Origin: Eledone cirrhosa
Lineage: Eukaryota
Direction: 5' to 3'
Length of the DNA stretch: 64,000 nucleotides
NCBI GenBank assembly: GCA_964016885.1
Contig: OZ024745.1
Span: 65,224,001 to 65,288,000 of the forward strand
Below the pieces are notes generated by a model. That model was not told the DNA's origin and searched no databases. It saw nothing but the letters and a program-made list of their open reading frames with translations. The position numbers and the translations under genes are program-made. Shown here one piece after another: positions 56,701 to 64,000 of the stretch. Position 1 is the first letter of the stretch, and each line of letters opens with the position of its first letter.

Positions 56701-59700
56701 TTTTTATTTGGGTGATCCTTTTTTATTTGGAGATCCATTTTGTATTTGGGTGATCCATTTTTTAATTGGGTGATCCATTTTTTATTTGGGTGATCCATTT
56801 TTTATTTGGGGGATCCATTTTTTATTTGGGTGATCCATTTTTTATTTGGGTGGTCCATTTTTTATTTGGGTGATCCATTTTTTATTTGGGGGATCCATTT
56901 TTTATTTGGGTGATCCATTTTTTATTTGGGGATCCATTTTTTATTTGGGTGATCCATTTTTTATTTGGGTGATCCATTTTTTATTTGGGGGATACATTTT
57001 TTATTTGGGTGATCCATTTTTTATTTGGGGGGTCCATTTTTTATTTGGGGGATCCATTTTTATTTGGGTGATCCATTTTTTATTTGGGGGATCCATTTTT
57101 TATTTGGGTGATCCCTTTTTTATTTGGGGGATCCATTTTTTATTTGGGTGATCCATTTTTTATTTGGGGGATCCATTTTTTATTTGGGGGATTCATTTTT
57201 TATTTGGGTGATCCATTTTTTATTAGGGGGATCCATTTTTTATTTGGGTGATCCATTTTTATTTGGAGATCCATTTTTTATTTAGGTGATCCATTTTATA
57301 ATTGGGTGATCCATTTTTTATTTGGGGGATCCATTTTTTATTTGGAGGATCCATTATTTATTTGGGTGATCCATTTTTTATTTGGGTGATCCATTTTTTA
57401 TTTGGGTGATCCATTTTTTATTTGGGTTGATCCCTTTTTTATTTGGGGGATCCATTTTTTATTTGGGTGATCCATTTTTTATTTTGGGGATCCATTTTTT
57501 ATTTGGGTGATCCATTTTTTATTTGGGTGATCCATTTTTTATTTGGGGGATCCATTTTTTATTTGGGTGATCCATTTTTTATTTGGGTGATCCATTTTTT
57601 ATTTGAGGGACCCATTTTATATTTGGGTGATCCATTTTTTATTTGGGTGATCCATTTTTTATTTGGGGGATTCATTTTTTATTTGGGGGATCCATTTTTT
57701 ATTTGGGGGATCCATTTTTTATTTGGGGGATCCATTTTTTATTTCGGGGATCCATTTTTTATTTGGGTGATTCATTTTTTATTTGGGGGATCCATTTTTT
57801 ATTTGGGTGATCCATTTTTTTTATTTGGGGGTCCATTTTTTATTTGGGTGATCCATTTTTTATTTGTGTGATCCATTTTTTAATTGGGTGATCCATTTTT
57901 ATTTGGGTGATCCATTTTTTACTTGGGGGATCCATTTTTTATTTGGGTGATCCTTTTTTTATTTTGCTGATTCATTTTTTATTTGGGTGATCCATTTTTT
58001 ATTTGGAGGATCCATTTTTTATTTGGGTGAACCATTTTTTATTTGGGGGATCCATTTTTTAGTTGGGTGATCCATTTTTTATTTGGGTGATCCATTTTTT
58101 ATTTGGGGGATCCATGTTTTATTTGGGTGATCCATTTTTTATTTGGGTGATCCATTTTTTATTTGGGGGATCCATTTTTTATTTGGGGGATCCATTTTTT
58201 ATTTGGGTGATCCATTTTTATTTGGAGATCCATTTTGTATTTGGGTGATCCATTTTGTATTTGGGGGATCCATTTTTTAATTGGGTGATCCATTTTTTAT
58301 TTGGGGGATCCATTTTTTATTTGGGGGATCCATTTTTTATTTGGGGGATCCATTGTTTATTTGGGTGATCCATTTTTTATTTGGGTGATCCATTTTTTAT
58401 TTGGGGGATCCATTTTTTATTTGGGGGATCCATTTTTTATTTGGGTGATCCATTTTTTATTTGGGTGATCCATTTTTTATTTGGGGGATCCATTTTTTAT
58501 TTGGGGGATCCATTTTTTATTTGGTTGATCCATTTTTTATTAGGGGGATCCATATTTTATTTGGGTGATCCATTTTAATTTGGAGATCCATTTTTTGTTT
58601 AGGTGATCCATTTTATAATTGGGTGATCCATTTTTTATTTGGGGGATCCATTTTTTATTTGGGGGATCCATTATTTATTTGGGTGATGCATTTTTTATTT
58701 GGGTGATCCATTTTTTATTTGGGTGATCCATTTTTTATTTGGGTGATCCATTTTTTATTTGGGTGATCCATTTTTTATTTGGGGGATCCATTTTTTATTT
58801 GGGTGATCCATTTTTTATTTGGGTGATCCATTTTTTATTTGAGGGATCCATTTTATATTTGGGTGATCCATTTTTTATATGGGTGATCCATTTTTTATTT
58901 GGGGGATCCATTTTTTATTTGGGGGATCCATTTTTTATTTGGGGGATCCATTTTTTATTTGGGGGATCCATTTTTTATTTCGGGGATCCATTTTTTATTT
59001 GGGTGATTCATTTTTTATTTGGGGGATCCATTTTTTATTTGGGTAATCCATTTTTTTTATTTGGGGGTCCATTTTTTATTTGGGTGATCCATTTTTTATT
59101 TGGATGATCCATTTTTTAATTGGGTGATCCATTTTTATTTGGGTGATCCATTTTTTACTTGGGGGATGCATTTTTTATTTGGGTGATCCATTTTTTATTT
59201 TGCTGATTCATTTTTTATTTGGGTGATCCATTTTTTATTTGGGGGATCCATTTTTTATTTGGGTGAACCATTTTTTATTTGGGAGATCCATTTTTTATTT
59301 GGGTGATCCATTTTTTATTTGGGTGATCCATTTTTTATTTGGGGGATCCATTTTTTATTTGGGTGATCCATTTTTTATTTGGGTGATCCATTTTTTATTT
59401 GGGGGATCCATTTTTTATTTGGGGGATCCATTTTTTATTTGGGTGATCCATTTTTATTTGGAGATCCATTTTGTATTTGGGGGATCCATTTTTATTTGGG
59501 TGTTCCATTTTTTATTTGGGGGATCCATTTTTTATTTGGGTGATCCCTTTTTTATTTGGGGGATCCATTTTTTATTTGGGTGATCCATTTTTTATTTGGG
59601 GGATCCATTTTTTATTTGGGGGATTCATTTTTTATTTGGGTGATCCATTTTTTATTAGGGGGATCCATTTTTTATTTGGGTGATCCATTTTTATTTGGAG

Positions 59701-62700
59701 ATCCATTTTTTATTTAGGTGATCCATTTTATAATTGGGTGATCCATTTTTTATTTGGGGGATCCATTTTTTATTTGGAGGATCCATTATTTATTTGGGTG
59801 ATCCATTTTTTATTTGGGTGATCCATTTTTTAGTTGGGTGATCCATTTTTTATTTGGGTTGATCCCTTTTTTATTTGGGGGATCCATTTTTTATTTGGGT
59901 GATCCATTTTTTATTTTGGGGATCCATTTTTTATTTGGGTGATCCATTTTTTATTTGGGTGATCCATTTTTTATTTGGGGGATCCATTTTTTATTTGGGT
60001 GATCCATTTTTTATTTGGGTGATCCATTTTTTATTTGAGGGACCCATTTTATATTTGGGTGATCCATTTTTTATTTGGGTGATCCATTTTTTATTTGGGG
60101 GATTCATTTTTTATTTGGGGGATCCATTTTTTATTTGGGGGATCCATTTTTTATTTGGGGGATCCATTTTTTATTTCGGGGATCCATTTTTTATTTGGGT
60201 GATTCATTTTTTATTTGGGGGATCCATTTTTTATTTGGGTGATCCATTTTTTTTATTTGGGGGTCCATTTTTTATTTGGGTGATCCATTTTTTATTTGGG
60301 TGATCCATTTTTTAATTGGGTGATCCATTTTTATTTGGGTGATCCATTTTTTACTTGGGGGATCCATTTTTTATTTGGGTGATCCATTTTTTATTTTGCT
60401 GATTCATTTTTTATTTGGGTGATCCATTTTTTATTTGGAGGATCCATTTTTTATTTGGGTGAACCATTTTTTATTTGGGGGATCCATTTTTTATTTGGGT
60501 GATCCATTTTTTATTTGGGTGATCCATTTTTTATTTGGGGGATCCATGTTTTATTTGGGTGATCCATTTTTTATTTGGGTGATCCATTTTTTATTTGGGG
60601 GATCCATTTTTTATTTGGGGGATCCATTTTTTATTTGAGTGATCCATTTTTATTTGGAGATCCATTTTGTATTTGGGTGATCCATTTTGTATTTGGGGGA
60701 TCCATTTTTTAATTGGGTGATCCATTTTTTATTTGGGGGATCCATTTTTTATTTGGGGGATCCATTTTTTATTTGGGGGATCCATTGTTTATTTGGGTGA
60801 TCCATTTTTTATTTGGGTGATCCATTTTTTATTTGGGGGATCCATTTTTTATTTGGGGGATCCATTTTTTATTTGGGTGATCCATTTTTTATTTGGGTGA
60901 TCCATTTTTTATTTGGGGGATCCATTTTTTATTTGGGGGATCCATTTTTTATTTGGTTGATCCATTTTTTATTAGGGGGATCCATATTTTTTTGGGTGAT
61001 CCATTTTAATTTGGAGATCCATTTTTTGTTTAGGTGATCCATTTTATAATTGGGTGATCCATTTTTTATTTGGGGGATCCATTTTTTATTTGGGGGATCC
61101 ATTATTTATTTGGGGGATCCATTTTTTATTTCGGGGATCCATTTTTTATTTGGGTGATTCATTTTTTATTTGGGGGATCCATTTTTTATTTGGGTAATCC
61201 ATTTTTTTTATTTGGGGGTCCATTTTTTATTTGGGTGATCCATTTTTTATTTGGATGATCCATTTTTTAATTGGGTGATCCATTTTTATTTGGGTGATCC
61301 ATTTTTTACTTGGGGGATGCATTTTTTATTTGGGTGATCCATTTTTTATTTTGCTGATTCATTTTTTATTTGGGTGATCCATTTTTTATTTGGGGGATCC
61401 ATTTTTTATTTGGGTGAACCATTTTTTATTTGGGAGATCCATTTTTTATTTGGGTGATCCATTTTTTATTTGGGTGATCCATTTTTTATTTGGGGGATCC
61501 ATTTTTTATTTGGGTGATCCATTTTTTATTTGGGTGATCCATTTTTTATTTGGGGGATCCATTTTTTATTTGGGGGATCCATTTTTTATTTGGGTGATCC
61601 ATTTTTATTTGGAGATCCATTTTGTATTTGGGGGATCCATTTTTATTTGGGTGTTCCATTTTTTATTTGGGGGATCCATTTTTTATTTGGGTGATCCCTT
61701 TTTTATTTGGGGGATCCATTTTTTATTTGGGTGATCCATTTTTTATTTGGGGGATCCATTTTTTATTTGGGGGATTCATTTTTTATTTGGGTGATCCATT
61801 TTTTATTAGGGGGATCCATTTTTTATTTGGGTGATCCATTTTTATTTGGAGATCCATTTTTTATTTAGGTGATCCATTTTATAATTGGGTGATCCATTTT
61901 TTATTTGGGGGATCCATTTTTTATTTGGAGGATCCATTATTTATTTGGGTGATCCATTTTTTATTTGGGTGATCCATTTTTTAGTTGGGTGATCCATTTT
62001 TTATTTGGGTTGATCCCTTTTTTATTTGGGGGATCCATTTTTTATTTGGGTGATCCATTTTTTATTTTGGGGATCCATTTTTTATTTGGGTGATCCATTT
62101 TTTATTTGGGTGATCCATTTTTTATTTGGGGGATCCATTTTTTATTTGGGTGATCCATTTTTTATTTGGGTGATCCATTTTTTATTTGAGGGACCCATTT
62201 TATATTTGGGTGATCCATTTTTTATTTGGGTGATCCATTTTTTATTTGGGGGATTCATTTTTTATTTGGGGGATCCATTTTTTATTTGGGGGATCCATTT
62301 TTTATTTGGGGGTCCATTTTTTATTTCGGGGATCCATTTTTTATTTGGGTGATTCATTTTTTATTTGGGGGATCCATTTTTTATTTGGGTGATCCATTTT
62401 TTTTATTTGGGGGTCCATTTTTTATTTGGGTGATCCATTTTTTATTTGGGTGATCCATTTTTTAATTGGGTGATCCATTTTTATTTGGGTGATCCATTTT
62501 TTACTTGGGGGATCCATTTTTTATTTGGGTGATCCATTTTTTATTTTGCTGATTCATTTTTTATTTGGGTGATCCATTTTTTATTTGGAGGATCCATTTT
62601 TTATTTGGGTGAACCATTTTTTATTTGGGGGATCCATTTTTTATTTGGGTGATCCATTTTTTATTTGGGTGATCCATTTTTTATTTGGGGGATCCATGTT

Positions 62701-64000
62701 TTATTTGGGTGATCCATTTTTTATTTGGGTGATCCATTTTTTATTTGGGGGATCCATTTTTTATTTGGGGGATCCATTTTTTATTTGAGTGATCCATTTT
62801 TATTTGGAGATCCATTTTGTATTTGGGTGATCCATTTTGTATTTGGGGGATCCATTTTTTAATTGGGTGATCCATTTTTTATTTGGGGGATCCATTTTTT
62901 ATTTGGGGGATCCATTTTTTATTTGGGGGATCCATTGTTTATTTGGGTGATCCATTTTTTATTTGGGTGATCCATTTTTTATTTGGGGGATCCATTTTTT
63001 ATTTGGGGGATCCATTTTTTATTTGGGTGATCCATTTTTTATTTGGGTGATCCATTTTTTATTTGGGGGATCCATTTTTTATTTGGGGGATCCATTTTTT
63101 ATTTGGTTGATCCATTTTTTATTAGGGGGATCCATATTTTTTTGGGTGATCCATTTTAATTTGGAGATCCATTTTTTGTTTAGGTGATCCATTTTATAAT
63201 TGGGTGATCCATTTTTTATTTGGGGGATCCATTTTTTATTTGGGGGATCCATTATTTATTTGGGTGATGCATTTTTTATTTGGGTGATCCATTTTTTATT
63301 TGGGTGATCCATTTTTTATTTGGGTGATCCATTTTTTATTTGGGTGATCCATTTTTTATTTGGGGGATCCATTTTTATTTGGGTGATCCATTTTTTATTT
63401 GGGTGATCCATTTTTTATTTGAGGGATCCATTTTATATTTGGGTGATCCATTTTTTATATGGGTGATCCATTTTTTATTTGGGGGATCCATTTTTTATTT
63501 GGGGGATCCATTTTTTATTTGGGGGATCCATTTTTTATTTGGGGGATCCATTTTTTATTTCGGGGATCCATTTTTTATTTGGGTGATTCATTTTTTATTT
63601 GGGGGATCCATTTTTTATTTGGGTAATCCATTTTTTTTATTTGGGGGTCCATTTTTTATTTGGGTGATCCATTTTTTATTTGGATGATCCATTTTTTAAT
63701 TGGGTGATCCATTTTTATTTGGGTGATCCATTTTTTACTTGGGGGATGCATTTTTTATTTGGGTGATCCATTTTTTATTTTGCTGATTCATTTTTTATTT
63801 GGGTGATCCATTTTTTATTTGGGGGATCCATTTTTTATTTGGGTGAACCATTTTTTATTTGGGAGATCCATTTTTTATTTGGGTGATCCATTTTTTATTT
63901 GGGTGATCCATTTTTTATTTGGGGGATCCATTTTTTATTTGGGTGATCCATTTTTTATTTGGGTGATCCATTTTTTATTTGGGGGATCCATTTTTTATTT
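47780..64000 (+). repeat. Tandem block duplication, period 8450 bp; the second copy starts near 56230 and runs off the window
   Basis: Ten consecutive ORF entries from 48396 to 52363 recur at 56846 to 60813 (+8450). Shared private variants: GTGTGATCC (49416 and 57866), AGTTGGG (49611 and 58061), TGTTCC (51051 and 59501). Entry 52740 recurs at 63340 (+10600 = 8450 + 2150). Confidence 0.9.
58960..63260 (+). repeat. Tandem block duplication, period 2150-2151 bp, nested in the second 8.45-kb copy
   Basis: ORF entries 59239/59471/59875 recur at 61390/61622/62026 (+2151), and 60435/60813 recur at 62585/62963 (+2150). The TGTTCC marker occurs at 59501 and 61652. Confidence 0.88.

Larger units (their letters stand above)
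1..64000 (+). repeat. Tandem satellite array of 20-bp monomer GATCCATTTTTTATTTGGG(T/G), about 3,200 copies, head-to-tail, running past both window edges
   Basis: The monomer is readable in every line from position 1 to 64000 in the same orientation. Differences are limited to the T/G dimorphism, single substitutions and 1-2 bp indels in the T and G runs (19-21 bp variants). Confidence 0.99.

Noticed and set aside
232-63687. More than 100 ORFs of 60-146 aa with F/I/W/G-rich repeats that look like membrane peptides
   Set aside because: They are translations of the 20-bp repeat (60 bp gives 20 aa). They start almost entirely at TTG within the monomer and mostly end where a T-type monomer puts TGA in frame. 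There is no unique coding sequence or gene context, and the minus strand has TAA in nearly every monomer.
1-64000. CRISPR array
   Set aside because: The repeats are directly adjacent with no unique spacers, leader or cas genes.
1-64000. Telomerase-synthesised telomeric tract (TTTGGG/TTGGGG-like core, G/T-rich strand)
   Set aside because: Variants are propagated in kb-scale duplicated blocks, which indicates recombination or replication-based amplification rather than templated addition. The 20-mer matches no telomere repeat I recognise. A subtelomeric location is not excluded.
1-64000. G-quadruplex or hairpin-forming array
   Set aside because: G-runs are separated by 15-17 nt loops, beyond the canonical 1-7 nt. 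The only dyads are GATC/GGATCC and a 3-bp CCA/TGG stem, too weak to claim a structure.
1-64000. Bacterial iterons or Dam-site (GATC) cluster of a replication origin
   Set aside because: Such clusters span tens to hundreds of bp beside rep or dnaA genes. A gene-free 64-kb array does not fit.
1-64000. Pure sequencing or assembly artefact, or synthetic concatemer
   Set aside because: Variants form a nested, ordered hierarchy with both shared and private mutations, as expected of an evolved satellite. Individual near-identical duplications and homopolymer-length variants could still be errors.
1-64000. T/G string as an information-encoding or phase-variable system
   Set aside because: Nothing in the sequence indicates a reader or a product, and duplication history can account for the pattern.

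Overview
The whole 64 kb window is one uninterrupted, single-orientation tandem satellite array of about 3,200 copies of a 20-bp monomer, GATCCATTTTTTATTTGGG(T/G). The last base is a T/G dimorphism, and the G form creates GGATCC. I see no genes, RNA genes, transposon insertions, CRISPR spacers or inversions; every ORF in the track is a translation artefact of the repeat. Rare variant monomers act as landmarks and reveal hidden hierarchy: a ~1.2-kb (~60-monomer) higher-order unit in two alternating subtypes (~2.43-kb dimer), overlaid by recent, near-identical tandem block duplications (periods about 0.9, 1.1, 2.15, 2.38, 3.59, 3.79, 4.5 and 8.45 kb) and dispersed copies 22-27 kb apart. This looks like eukaryotic heterochromatic satellite DNA (centromeric, pericentromeric or subtelomeric). 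The organism and function cannot be determined from the sequence, and I cannot support a novel protein-coding system here. Block boundaries were placed by eye and are approximate to a few monomers.
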